Shown here piece after piece: positions 11,411-24,600 of a stretch of 64,000 bases of DNA. Source of the stretch: Octopus sinensis (lineage: Eukaryota); contig NC_043000.1 in NCBI RefSeq assembly GCF_006345805.1, positions 16,430,001-16,494,000 on the forward strand. Direction: 5' to 3'. A model generated the notes under the pieces. It had not been told where the DNA came from and searched no databases. It saw only the letters and a program-made list of their open reading frames with translations. Positions within the stretch are counted from its first letter, which is position 1; every line of letters starts with the position of its first letter. The position numbers and the translations under genes were made by a program.

Positions 11411-13539
11411 AGTGTTATAGTGCGAGGCTGTAAAAAAGGCGACGGGAAGGTGGCAAAATCGTTCCTTCACCCCCTTAGTAGGATTTTTTCCGGTTTTTAC
11501 GCCCTTAGTTCAAATTCCGCCAAGATCGACTTTGCCTTCCACTCGTTTTACGATCAATAAGATAAGTACCAGTTGAGCAGTGTGTGTGGTGGTGGTGGTG
11601 GTGGGTGGCTGATATAATTGAATAACACTCTCCCACTATATTTCAGGCTTGTTGTCTACAGCAGAAAGAAGAAAAAAATAGTGTGAGAGTGTAAAATGCG
11701 ACATTTAATAAACTATAAACATTGCATACTTTATGCCATCTGGCTCAATCCAAATGTGCTTGTAGTTCGTAAAATTAACTTCTGAAATAATTAATACCAG
11801 ATTCAAACATAGTTTAAATATAATTCCCGCTAATGACTTTCTAATTTCCATGTACTTTTAGTCAGAACATAAAGTTCATTCTATATTGAGATTATTATTC
11901 GATTAGGGTTAAGCAACCGTATTATCTTAAAATTAAAACTGTAATTGATAGCAGAACCAGGTTAAACATTTGACTGTTCTTGATGTGGAACGAATTTCAA
12001 CTACTCTCAAAGAATGTGTTTCTTTTAGAAGTAGGTTGGCAAAATTTCTGTTTAATAAACTAAAGTTTTAAAACCTTCGAAGCTGAGGAAAGGAGAATGG
12101 CACACTTAGAACTTCTGTTCTGTCTTCTCGTTAATAAAAAAAAAAGTGAGACGAAGCAAAAAATGTTAACTAGACGCATGCATGGCTGTGTGATTAAGAA
12201 GCTAGCTTTGAAACCATCTGGTTTCGAGTTTAGTACCTCTCTGCAGTACCTTGGGTAAGTATTTTCTACTATTGTCCGGGGGCGATATTTTTTCCCACGA
12301 GAGTTCCGGGCCCCCAGTAATGAACTCAGTTGCATACAGCCAATCAGAGCTCACCTTGACTTTGTCAAGTTAACGAACTCACTCTACCAAGTAAACTCAA
12401 AACGAAGAACGGTGTTGTAAGTCGACCGATCGCCAAGTTATGCCTGATTTTAAAAGGAAGAAGTTATTAGATAGATTTGCATCTATACCTATTATCGGAT
12501 TTTTGTTAGAGCCCCATATGGTAAAGATGGGGAAAATGTGGGTAGAGGGTGATGTGCTAGAAACTAAACAACCCAAATAACTGCGCAGAGGCAGCCATGG
12601 TTGAAACAAGAACAACAAGCATTACTAAAAGAGTAAAGAAGCATGGTCATCTCTTTCTCAAGTGACTTTATCTTATCGCCCATCATCTGCATACAGCTCC
12701 GATTGGGCGACTCGACCAGAAGAAAATTCTAACTGGCCCCCACCTGCAAGGTCATGCGCTGTTTATCTTGATATGAGATCGCCATGTCGCGCACATATGG
12801 TTGTGATGCATGTGCCTGGTGTACCTTTATCAGATGGGTAATCATGATGGGTATACTGGGCTTCGTATATTTTACCCCAGTGTCACTTTGATGGCATGCA
12901 CTGCTCTCTCACTCAATAATATTAATAATAATAATAATGATGATGATGATGATAATAATGATAATAATAATCTATGGATGGAAGTTATAAACATTCTAAT
13001 AGTTCATATTCCTGGGATTATTACAGTACAATCCTTAGTATCTAGAGACATCGGGTGAATCGGAGTTCATGCGTTCATTTCATCTGGTGATATTGCATTA
13101 AAGTTATGCGTGTGCGCGCGTGTGTAATTTGCCTGTGTCTGTGTTTATCTCCATCCCCACACTGTTTGATAATTGATGCTGGTTTGTTTGCTTCCCCGTA
13201 ACCTAGCAGTTCAGCAAAAAAGACCGATGGAATAAGAAACAAACATCAAAAAAAAAAAAAAAAAGAGCGCTGAGGTTGATTTCTTCGACTAAACCTCGTA
13301 TAGCAGTGTCCCGGCATGGCCTGAAGTCCAATAACTGAAACAAATAAAATAAATATTTTCAGGTGCAGAGGTGAGGTTCTGGCATTTGCCCTTAACCATA
13401 TTTTTCACCGTGGACCGATTTCATGCTAGAAAATTTTTCCTCTGACCAGGCAAACACAATAACAAAGATACATAAATACAGACAGACATACATATGAATC
13501 TGGAGAGGATACACACACACACACACACACACACACTGA

Positions 13540-13848
13540 CCGTGGGATTGCACCTAGAAAGTTACCCTCCCATGTACAAGTCCGAGCAAGGTTGTTTATG
13601 GGAGACCAGCTGTCGCCCATGCATACCGGCCTCCCCTCTCCACGCCACCAGTGTTATCCAAGGGAAAGGCAAAGGGGCCAGTACAGCTTGGCACCTGTGA
13701 CGTCGCAACTCATTTCTACAGCTGAGTGAACTGGAGCAACGTGAAATAAAGTGTCTTGCTCAAGAACACAACACGCAGCCCGGTCAGAGATTCGAACTCA
13801 CAACCTCACGATCGTAAGCTCGACGCTCTAACCACTGAGCCATGCGCC
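13540..13848 (-). mobile_element. SINE family D
   Basis: Head GGCGCATGGCTCAGTGGTTAGAGCG..GAGTTCGAATC. Confidence 0.82.
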
Positions 13849-14095
13849 AACACAGTCTACATGTACGAAATTCACTCACAAGGCATTTGTTGGTCCAGAG
13901 CTATAGAAGAAGACATATGCCCAAAGTGCCTCGCAGTGGAACTAAATTCGAAACCATGTAGTTGGTTCTTAGCCACACAGCCATGCCTACATCTGCCAAA
14001 AAAAAAAAAGAAGGTTGTTCACGACTGGGACGTCTTTTGATTAGAAAGCTGACCTACAAGTCGACAGCTTCAGCTCTGTTATAGACTCCATTAGG

Positions 14096-14530
14096 GCGGC
14101 GAGCTGGCAAAACAGTTACCGCAGCGAACAAAATGCTGTTAAGCATTTTTCCGCCTTTACGTTCTGAGTTCAAATGTCGCCGAGGTCGATTTTGCATTCC
14201 CCTCCTTTTGGGGTCGATAAAATAAGTCTCAGTTGAGCATAGGAATCGATGTAATCTACTAACCCCTTCTCCAAAAACTTCAAGCCTTGTGTTTAAAGTA
14301 GAAAGGGCTACTTAGTTTTATTTAAGGCGGTCAGCTAAACGAATCGTTACATGCCGGACAAAATGTTTAGCCGCATTTCTTCGGGGTTTTTATCCCCAGA
14401 GTTCAAATGCCACCGAGGTGGACTTCACCTTTCTTTATTTCGGGGCTGATAAAATAAATATCAGATGAGCACTGGGGTCGATGTAACCGACTTGCCCTTC
14501 CCCTCAAATTGCTGGCCTTGTGCCAAAATC
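14096..14530 (+). mobile_element. Two diverged family-A SINEs
   Basis: GGCGGCGAGCTGGC-like heads at 14096 and ~14328. Confidence 0.7.
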
Positions 14531-15160
14531 AGAAATACTATTTGCAGACGCAAGTTTACAAACAACATGACTTGGCATTTATCAAAAATATCTCATTACA
14601 TTCACACACGGTGACAACACATTGAAAAATGGCGCGTGACAAAGCGTTTCAGTCTATCTCAGGTAACTGATATTTTCAACGGGTGAACTTAGTGAATCGC
14701 AATGAATAGCTGAATGGAAATTTAAGCAAGTAGCGCTTGTAGTGCAAAACGCGTAAAGGTGTAAGAAATAAAACCAAATACTGTCGAAATTAGATGACGA
14801 AATCGTATCATTGAAAATGTGTTGAAAGTAAGATATCTCTCTGTCACACGACAACTGTATATCGGGCATTTTTAGTTGTTTTCTTAGTGCTAACAAATAA
14901 AAAATTGGGGGGATAAAATCAGCTGAAATAATTCAGATTTGAAGTAGTCAGTCATTGAAGTTGCCAATCAGGGAATTTACAATGAAAGGGTTTTAAAAAA
15001 GAAAAACAATAATATATAACAAGCATGGTTAAGCTCTTCGATATGAGACACATTATAGTAGAAATGCATTATATTATTCTGGAACCCAGCCATAATAATA
15101 TGCGTTCTTGAAAATCTTGTCATAATGTGAAATTAATTTTCATGATGTAAAGAGGAGAAT

Positions 15161-15451
15161 TGTATGTATGTATGTATGTATGTATGTATGTATGTATGTA
15201 TGTATGTATGTATGTATGTATGTATGTATGTATGTATGTATGTATGTATGTGTGTATGTGTGTATGTGTGTGTGTGTGTACGTACGTACGTACATGTGTA
15301 TGTATGTATGTACGTACGTACGTATGTATAGTATGTGTGTGTGTATGTATGTGTGTATGTATGTATGTGTGTATGTATGTATATGTGTATGTATGTGTGT
15401 GTATATATGTATATGTGTATGTATGTGTGTGTGTATGTATGTATGTATGTA
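15161..15451. repeat. (TATG)n/(TG)n microsatellite
   Basis: Direct. Confidence 0.95.
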
Positions 15452-15789
15452 CGATCGTTCCAAGATGTAGGCCACAGTCTTGCACCTAGATAATATATAC
15501 ATTTGCATATTATGACATCTTAACTACAGGCTACGTGACTTGATTGAAATTTATTGTTTTTTATCTCCTAACCGCATGCTCACAAGTACTGCGACAGTCA
15601 CTGAAAATTATTACTGATTAGAAAAATAATTCGTTTTAAATTACCATGTAAATTAGTGCAATATTTTCAACCAGTGTTTCACCAGAGAAGGAAAATAGTA
15701 AAATTTTATTTTAGACTTCATATTTGATTTTTTTTTCTTTTTCTTTTTTGTGCTTTCTAAAGAAGCTCAACTTGAACTATATGAATTAC

Positions 15790-16016
15790 GGCGAGCTGGT
15801 AGAATCGTTAGCACGCTGGGTGAAATGCGTAGCCGTATTTCGTCTGCCGTTACGTTCTGAGTTCAAATTCCGCCGAGGTCGACTTTGCCTTTCATCCTTT
15901 CGGGGTCGATAAATCAAGTACCAGTTACGCACTGGGGTCGATATAATCGACTTAATCCGTTTGTCTTTCCTTGTTTGTCCCCTCTATGTTTGGCCCCTTG
16001 TGGGTAGTAAAGAAAT
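15790..16016 (+). mobile_element. SINE family A
   Basis: Complete; flanked by the TATATGAATTAC direct repeat. Confidence 0.9.
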
Positions 16017-16057
16017 ATATATGAATTACATAGATGTATTGTATCCTTATATATATT

Positions 16058-16473
16058 TATATTTCTTTACTACCCTCAAGGGGCTAAACGTGGAGGGGAC
16101 AAACAAGGGGACAAAGGGATTAAGTCGATTACTTCGACCCCAGTGCGAAACTGGTACTTTATTTATCGACCCCGAAAGGATGAAAGACAAAGTCGACCTC
16201 GGCGGAATTTAAACTCAGAACGTAACGACAGGCGAAATACCTATTTCTTTACTACCTGCAAGGTGCTAAACACAGAGAGGACAAACAAGGACAGACATAG
16301 GTATTAAGTCGATTGCATCGACCCCAGTGCGTAACTGGTACTTAATTTATCGACCCCGAAAGGATGAAAGGCAAAGTCGACCTCGGCGGAATTTGAACTC
16401 ACAGCGTAACGACAGACGAAATACGGCTAGGTATTTCGCCCGGCGTGCTAACGTTTCTGCCAGCTCGCCGCCT
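16058..16473 (-). mobile_element. SINE family A, dimeric copy
   Basis: Same internal junction (GACAGGCGAAATAC|CTATTTC) as the 4699 copy; flanks TATCCT(T/C)ATATA. Confidence 0.85.
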
Positions 16474-16662
16474 TAATCTATCCTCATATAGACGGCAACT
16501 GAATATCAATTTTGCCTCGTATGTTATTTTAGCTAGGCAAAACTTTTGGTCAATTAAAAACTAGTAATCTATTGAGTTGCCTTTTGGTTGTTTTAACAGG
16601 AGTAAATCTTGCCTGTTTGGTTCCCTTGGCGGTTACCGGTAGAAATGATAAACTATCTTATC

Positions 16663-16666
<4 letters not shown>

Positions 16667-16750
<84 letters not shown>

Positions 16751-16760
16751 TCTTTCTCAT
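16667..16760. repeat. (TC)n microsatellite
   Basis: Direct. Confidence 0.95.
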
Positions 16761-16912
16761 CTTGTTAGACGTTAGCTTAGCTCGTGCCTCTACAAAATAA
16801 TCTCTGTCGGTTTAAATACAGGTACATCTTTTGTGATAGTCTTTTATCTGCATGTACGCATCTAAGTCTACAAAACATTGATCTATTTAGTTTGTAAAAC
16901 AAGAATATATAA

Positions 16913-16949
<37 letters not shown>

Positions 16950-16952
<3 letters not shown>

Positions 16953-17150
16953 GGAGAGTTTACGAAAAAAAACAAAAGTCGAAGACAGGTGGTGTACAAA
17001 ACAAACAGATGTATTAGTATAATGCTCAGGAATAGAAAAAGTCTTTTACATTTCGAACCTACGCTCTTCTACAGAAAGGGACACAGAAAAAACAAAGAGA
17101 GAAACAAGGAAAGAAAAAAATGTGTGTAGTGGCTAACGATCTTCATGGCG

Positions 17151-17217
<67 letters not shown>

Positions 17218-17423
17218 ATATATATATGACCTCGTGAGCACCGCCAGCAATTTTTTTTCCTCTGTCTTCCCTTCTCGGGATCTTTCCTTCTCCTTGTTTC
17301 CGACGAAGAGCTCAGCTCGAAACGTTGAACCCTCCTTCTTCCCTTCTTTCCTGAGCGTCTAATAATACTTTATTTGTTCCACGTCCTCGCGTTGCTGTGT
17401 TTTTTGTGTTTTCTTGTTTGGAT

Positions 17424-17425
<2 letters not shown>
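16950..17425. mobile_element. Two divergent putative Penelope-like terminal-repeat remnants flanking a (TA)n tract
   Basis: GAAGAGC-N3/4-G(C/T)TC-GAAA motifs at 17051-17074 (-) and 17300-17323 (+); (TA)n at ~17150-17228. Confidence 0.45.
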
Positions 17426-17500
<75 letters not shown>

Positions 17501-17964
17501 TTCTATGTCAGATTATCCAACTGAAATTGGAAAGCACAAAAATAACTGTTATATCTCGCAAATATTTTCATGTAAAACTTACCTTGATTAATCTTGTAAA
17601 TCAAAATCTATTACATTTACTTTCTTTGAATTACTATCTGTTTAACTTGTATCGTCGATTCACTCGGCATATAATCATTGTATTATTCTCTTTGCCTATA
17701 TTTTCCTGTCGATAGCAATCTGACAAATATCCAGGGTTATCAACAATGTGTCGATCTCACTAGTTCAGAAGGACCTCCGAAGATCACGGATGCAGTTTTA
17801 TCATAATAAACTAAATTATTAAAATTAAAAAGAAAAGTAGATCATGGTAGTTCTTTATCTGCCACTTATACACTCACAAATTTAAGAATGTTGTAATTCT
17901 AACATTCATTTGTATAGAGGATATAAGTCTTGTGGGATAACATTCTAAAAAAAAAACAGTTATA

Positions 17965-18350
17965 TCTCTATATATATAAAGCTGAAGTTGTCTGTGTATG
18001 GCAGGTTTGGTTGCCTTCAAATAACACTATCTCCTCCGAGACCCTGCGGTGCAAGTTTACTAAAAATGAGAGTTTAATAGAAGGCTTGCTCTTCCGTAGA
18101 AGAAAAAAATTCAAATCGGACCATGTTAACACCAAAATTTATTTACTTCAAAAAGGTGCTTTTTTTCTATGAAAATCCCTATTTTTTACGATTTTTTGAC
18201 TGCTGTGTCGCCATTTTTCGGTGTATTTCAACCAGGAAAATGTTCACTTAAAGAGAATAACAAGCTACATAATGCAAAATTTTTACTTTTCAAAAATTCT
18301 AATTCTAAAGGGTCAAAACAAACCCGAGCAATGCCAGGTGATACTGCTAG
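17965..18350 (+). mobile_element. Non-autonomous Helitron, second family
   Basis: A|TCTCTATATATATAAAG ... CCCGAGCAATGCCAGGTGATACTGCTAG|T. Confidence 0.88.
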
Positions 18351-18581
18351 TTTTAGTAAAAAATCGTTATTTAGCATCAGATTACCTCTGATCGAGAGGA
18401 CATATAATAAAATGTGATCAAACCGAAAATCACCTATGTTATCCTACTTTCAGCCTTTTAAAGATGTTTGAGTGGAGGATTTGAGGAAGATTTGACGGCT
18501 ATTTCATGAAGGTCAAGCAACCACATTGACATTCCCTTGTTCTTAAAACTGAATTATTTCGTGTTATGAAAGAACTATCCT

Positions 18582-19713
18582 ATCCGGCCGGGTGACTTAC
18601 CCGAATCAGTATATCTCTTCCACGCCAGATGTCCTGATCTTCCTTGCTCCGCCAGCAGTATCCAGCAAAACGTATTCTTCTTTCTCTGATTACCGAGGTT
18701 ATAGTTGGGAAAATACCATACAGTAGCTGCTTTGTAGAGTGTTGCTGCATAAAAAGATTAGGCTTCTTTAAAATCTCTTGGGATCTTTTCGGTTTGACCG
18801 GCAGTTTTTTAAAATAATTTTCACGTAACTAAACACTTTTAAACTTCGTATACTGGTAGAATGTGTTTATAAAACATCTTTTTCTCTTGGCTTTCTTGAG
18901 AAAATTCTATACTTTGTAAGATATTTGTTGGGTTTTTTCTTCAATTTCTGCAATTTCAACCAATCAATGACGTCTATTGAGGTGAAAACATTCTGTGCCG
19001 TATGAATATGTCCCTCGTTTAAGAAACAGATTGGGTTTATTTACATTTGTGAAGAAAAAAAGATATCCTTCCCCCACCCCTAATTCTAACCCTAACCCTA
19101 AAACAGATTGAAATGCAATAGATCGATACTAGGGTCATAATTATGGATGATAATTTCATATGACACAACTAGAAAAAACTGCCGGTCAAACTGAAAATAT
19201 CCATCTCTTGTTCAGTGTTCATGGGGTAGAGCCTGTAGCGAGACTTAGTATTCGAATCTCTTTCGTTAAGTTTATCAGTGTACTACCACAAGTGAAGCAT
19301 GCAATTATCCGTGCTGCAAGTTCTGTTTATCGACCAATCGATCGCAGATCACGCCACAAAGTCAGAACATCATCTTGAGATTCGCGCTTTTTTCTCTAGC
19401 TATAAGCAGTTTGGCATTAAAAATCTTAGAAGTTGAGAGCAGCAAGGGAACTTACATCTCACCTTTCTCCACGAGCAAACCAGACCTGAGTAGAGCTTCA
19501 GCAAGATTCAATGGACGCTTGCTCCAAGGTAATTAATGGCAGAGGAAACCCAGTTAAAGGTACGTTATTTCACTCCCTGAGATTCGAACCCACAAGCAAA
19601 ATCAGAAATGTGGGTTTTGTTCTTGTTTACAACATACGCAGTCAACCTAATTCATCAAATACCACGGCTACAATGGAGACCAATCCATCTCTGTGACAAG
19701 CCATAGAATGCCG
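18582..19713 (-). mobile_element. Decayed RTE-type LINE fragment with 15-bp TSD, containing a MITE
   Basis: TSD TGAAAGAACTATCCT at 18567-18581 and 19714-19728; translation TITSVIRERRIRFAGYCWRSKE resembles the RTE C-terminal RRLR(F/W)AGH motif. Confidence 0.65.
18781..19202. mobile_element. MITE family M1
   Basis: TIRs; 8-bp TSD ATCTCTTG. Confidence 0.92.
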
Positions 19714-19811
19714 TGAAAGAACTATCCTTACATGAGTAACTATGATTTTTTTTTTTATGTCTATATCAATTATCCCTAACACAAATGGGTTATTTCATTA
19801 AAATATCTTTC

Positions 19812-20673
19812 GGATCTTTTCAATTCTGAAGCCAGTTTTTTCAAATTTTTCCTACTGAACCAAACAATTTGAAACTTCGTATACTGGTAGAATGTGTCAA
19901 AAGTAAACTTAATTGTAAACCAGAATGAAAACGGAATTGTAACTTCTAAGTTTAACGTTGTTTAATAATTAGAATTTTAACCAATGATATTCCGTCATTC
20001 GGCTTTATTTTATTTACTCCGTCTCGACCACCAATTTGGTGACGTATTAAACATCTTAAATGTAAACAAGCCGCATGTCTCCGTGAAATCTCCTTCTAAT
20101 TATTTAACGTACTCATGTTTCCAGGATCCTATAGTCAGCCACCTTCTAATAACAATATTTAAAACTAGTTATAAGCCACATGTATTAAATTGAAAATGTT
20201 TCCATTCTGTTAGTACTTGCTTTCATTTGCTATTAAGAAGTGGCATCTCAGTGACGAGGCTTCTAACAAGATTTCGTTTCTAAGCTAATGCGTTTCATTT
20301 CACTTATTGTATTTATTTGTGCAAAAGGCAAGAAATTTAATATTAAAAAAGCAAAGAGCTGGCAGAAACGTTAGCACGCCGGGCGAAATGCGTAGCCGTA
20401 TTTCGTCTGCCGTTACGTTCTGTGTTTGTTTACAGTTTTCCGAACGTTAGTACGTCACAAAAGCGCTTTCTACGTCACACTAATAGAATGCAGTCAAGTT
20501 TTACACATGAAAACAAACAATCTGATTGGTTAAAATTCATAAAATAGATTTTTCTCAAATAAACTAGTTCCAATCTGTGTCTTGTTTTGCTAGACTCTAT
20601 CGGCATACAAAGTTTCAGAATATTTAGTTAAGTAGAAAGATCTGTGGTCCTGGCTTCAGAATTGAAAAGATCC
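19812..20673. mobile_element. M1-related MITE with perfect 24-bp TIRs
   Basis: GGATCTTTTCAATTCTGAAGCCAG at 19812-19835 with its reverse complement at 20650-20673; shares CTTCGTATACTGGTAGAATGTGT with M1; no TSD seen. Confidence 0.75.
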
Positions 20674-20688
20674 GATAATACAAAGCAA

Positions 20689-21050
20689 CTAGCAGAATTG
20701 CCCGGCGATGCTCGGGGCTGAATTGCTTGAAAGTACTGTTAATGATTGCACTGAATTATGATGATTGTTCAGGCAAATATTGATATAAGTTTACGGTGGA
20801 AGATAAGGACTTAACGATCAAACGTGTGCCATTGCATTGTTTTGGGGGAACCAAATTTCTAATGAGCATTATAGGGGCACCAACTTTAAGTTTGAGAATG
20901 TGTGGTGGTAGTCCGGGGGGCTCAAAGGAATTAAGTACCTCTATTGGATAGTTGATGACGTCCTCTGGGTCAGGAGTTGTGTATAAAAAACAAACGGTTT
21001 GGGAGGCAGATAAAATCTGCCTTTTATCATAAGAGATACAAAACATTTAG
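20689..21050 (-). mobile_element. Helitron 3' end carrying a PIF1-type helicase fragment
   Basis: 3' hairpin CCCCGAGCATCGCCGGGC plus CTAG|T; ORF 20756-21046 encodes PPGLPPHILKLKVGAPIMLIRNL..CNGTRLIVK, the RepHel PIF1 2B motif. Confidence 0.88.
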
Positions 21051-21353
21051 GTTTGGGAGTTATGACTTAATGGAAATTGGAAAAATGAAATCGAATGGTA
21101 TAATAAAATCGAGAATCGTAAAAAAATTTCTGTGATTATTTTTTCGGGTTTGTGTTCGACCCGCCGGTTTTTTTTTTTTTCTATTTTCTTTTTTCCTTTT
21201 TCTACTTATTACTTTTCCTTTCTGGTTAGACCGGCTACATCAGCACGGTGCCATTCGCTCTCAGCTTTCTTACAACATTCGTCCATCTTTTCACAAACGT
21301 ACTTCGAGGCAGCTACCTCTTCTCCAGGCTAATCTTTTTAGATAGGTGGTAGA

Positions 21354-21589
21354 TGTTATATAATCATCACAACAAACATGAACAATCAACGTCGCCCATT
21401 GTCTCCCTTGATAAAAGGACTTTCACTTTGTTTCCCGCCAAAACAATTAACTTGTACAACAACGGCAGTCGAATAAAGTATCTTGTATCGTTAACACGTT
21501 GTTTCAGTCTCTCTCATTTTCTTAATCTTTCATACTAAGTACTCACTACTTCCTTTATTACTCAATACTATATATATATAACAACAACA
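21354..21589 (+). repeat. 5' LTR (236 bp)
   Basis: Base-for-base identical to 25649-25884 by manual comparison. Confidence 0.95.
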
Positions 21590-21600
21590 TGGTGTCAGAA
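21590..21600 (+). promoter_or_regulatory. Primer-binding site, tRNA-Leu type
   Basis: TGGTGTCAGAA directly after the LTR, complementary to the ...TTCTGACACCA 3' end of tRNA-Leu(CAA). Confidence 0.75.
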
Positions 21601-21667
21601 TACTAAAAGAACCCAAAATACAGAAACCAAAGGAAAAAAGAAGTTGAAATCATACTTCAAAGACGAA

Positions 21668-24600
21668 ATGGAAAATTTACCGCATCCAAAAGACCTAGAC
21701 TTTAATCAGGAAAATCTAGCCGCAGCATGGAAAAAGTGGAAAAAAAGAATTCAATCTCTTTTTGATAGCAACAGAAAGTGACATGAAGCCAGACAAAGTA
21801 AAAACTTCAATGTTTTTAACTTGCATCGGTTCTAAAGGCCGAGATATCCATTCCACACTGGATTTCGATTCACCCGACGAAGAAATGAACCTTCAGACAG
21901 TAATCAAAAAATTCGATGCATATTGTGAACCCAGGAAAAACATAACTTTCCTAAGACACAAATTCTTCACATGTGGACAAGCGGAACATCAAAAATTCGA
22001 TGAGTACGTAGTAGAGTTGCGCCAAAAGGCACAACAGTGCGAATTCGGCAACCTCACAGACAGTCTCACCAAAGATATTCTGATATGTGGAATCAGAGAC
22101 ATGAGATTACGAGAAAGATTATTGAGAGAACCAAATTTAGACCTACAAAAAACAATTCAAGCAGGTCAGAGTGCAGAGCAAACACGACTCCAATCAAGGA
22201 TGCTAAATGCCACATCCGAAACAAGAGATAACGAAATCTCGAGGGTATATAGTCAACACGACAGAAAAGGCGCCAAAACCCAAATAACCCGCCATATGCA
22301 ATCCAGACATCAAAACGAACAGGGCGGAAGTGACAGAAAGCCCGCGAAGTTTCAAGCGCCAAGTCAACACTACGTCACTAACTGTCACTATTGTGGTTAT
22401 AATCACAAAAGAAATAAATGCCCAGCATTTCACAAGACATGTGAAAAATGCAAGAAACAAGGACACTATGCAAAAATGTGCAAATCAAGAAAATTTGTAC
22501 ATAAAGTAGAGATACATACCGACGATGAATCAGATGACGATACACATGCACTCGAAATGATCACTGCAAATAATTCCCGCGTGCACAAAATCGAAAAGTT
22601 CAAGACTCCAAAAGACATTTGGACGGTCGAACTAAAAGTGAACAACTCGAATGTAACATTCAAAATAGATACAGGAGCAGACGTAACCGTACTGCCATTC
22701 AGAGAATATAGAAATATAATTCCAAAACCACAACTGCAAAAAACTTCAACTCGATTATCAGCTTATAATAACACAGCTATAAAAGTGCTAGGAAAATGCA
22801 CAGCAGTCATTAAATACAAAGAATTATCAAAGCAAATAAAATTCATTGTTGCAAAAACAAACTCGCACGCAGTTATAGATGCAAAGACAGCTAAAGATCT
22901 GAACCTGATTCAGAGAATTTCAAAAATAAATTCGTCGAACACAAACGACATATTAAAAAAATATGAAGACTGTTTCGGAGAAATCGGCACTTTGTCAATA
23001 ACACATCATATCACAGTGGATCCACAAATAACTCCTGTAATTCATCCACCAAGATCGGTTCCTTTTTCTATAAAAGAAAAACTCAACAAAGAATTAAAAA
23101 GAATGACAGAATTAGATATCATAAAACCTGTTAGTGAACCTACAGACTGGGTAAATTCCCTAGTCATCGTTGAAAAAGCCAACGGAAAACTCCGACTCTG
23201 TTTAGACCCCAAGAATCTAAACAAAGCCATAAAAAGGCAACATTTCAAACTCCCTACAGCGGAGGACATTTTTGCACAAATGCATAACCCTAAATATTTT
23301 TCAAAACTCGATGCATCTAATGGATACTGGCAAATTCCAGTTGACGAAGAAAGCTCCCATCTTTTAACGTTCAACACACCTTTTGGAAGGTATCGCTTCA
23401 CACGACTACCCTTTGGAATTCACAGCGCCAGTGAAGTTTTCCAAAAAGAAATTTCAAAAAAATAGAGGGCATAGAAGGAGCAAGAAATTCACAGGATGAC
23501 ATCATAATCTGGTCCAACACTTTAGAAGAACACACAAATAGACTACAACAAGTTTTCGATCGAATCCGAAAGCACGGATTAAAGTTAAATAATCAAAGTG
23601 TATCTTCTATGAATCACAAATCAAGTACCTTGGGCATATATTAACCAGCGAGGGATAAAACAAGATCCAACCAAGGTACAAGCAATCATTCACATGCCAC
23701 TGCCACAAGTAAAAAAGAATTACAAAGATTCCTAGGTATGACAAATTACCTATGTAAATTTTTATCTAATTACTCCGAAGTCACAGCACCATTGCGCCAG
23801 CTTCTACAGAGTGACACGTTATGGTCATTCGACAAACCACAAATCGAAGCAATAAAAAAGCTAAAAGAAATGATTACCAGAAAACCAGTGCTACAATTTT
23901 ATGATCCAGATCTACCAATAAAAATAACTACAGATGCTAGTAAGCATGGGCTCGGAGCGATACTTGAGCAGAAACACAACGAAAGATGGCTACCTGTTTC
24001 GTTTGCATCTCGTGCAACAACTCAAGCGGAACAAAACTATTGTCCGATAGAGAGCGAAGCTCTCAGTATAGTTTTCGCATGCAAGAAATTTCATCAGTTT
24101 ATATACGGAACTCATTTCAGAATCGAAAATGACCATAAACCGTTGAAGCAAATATTCAAAAAATCGATCACTAAATGCCCCCCCAGAATCCAAAGATTTC
24201 TACTAACATTACAAAGATATGATTTTGACCTAAACCACATACCTGGTAAAGAATCAATTGTTGCAGATACCCTATCACGTGCATACCTTGAGCAAAATAC
24301 TCCAGAAGTATCAGACGAAGATATGAAATCGCACATTCATGCAGAAATAAAAATTACCCCATAACCGACACTAAATTAAAAGAGTATAAAGAAGCCACTG
24401 CAGACGACCGTCTCTACAGACACTCGTCACATATACAAGAACAGAATGGCCCCCCAAAGGACAAAATACCAATAAACATCAAACCATTCGTATCCGTTCG
24501 TGATGAAATATCAATCGTCAATGGTCTCGTTCTAAAAGGTTCAAGAATAATTGTACCTAAGTCATTACGTAGAGAAGCTCTACAGGAAATACATACCGGA

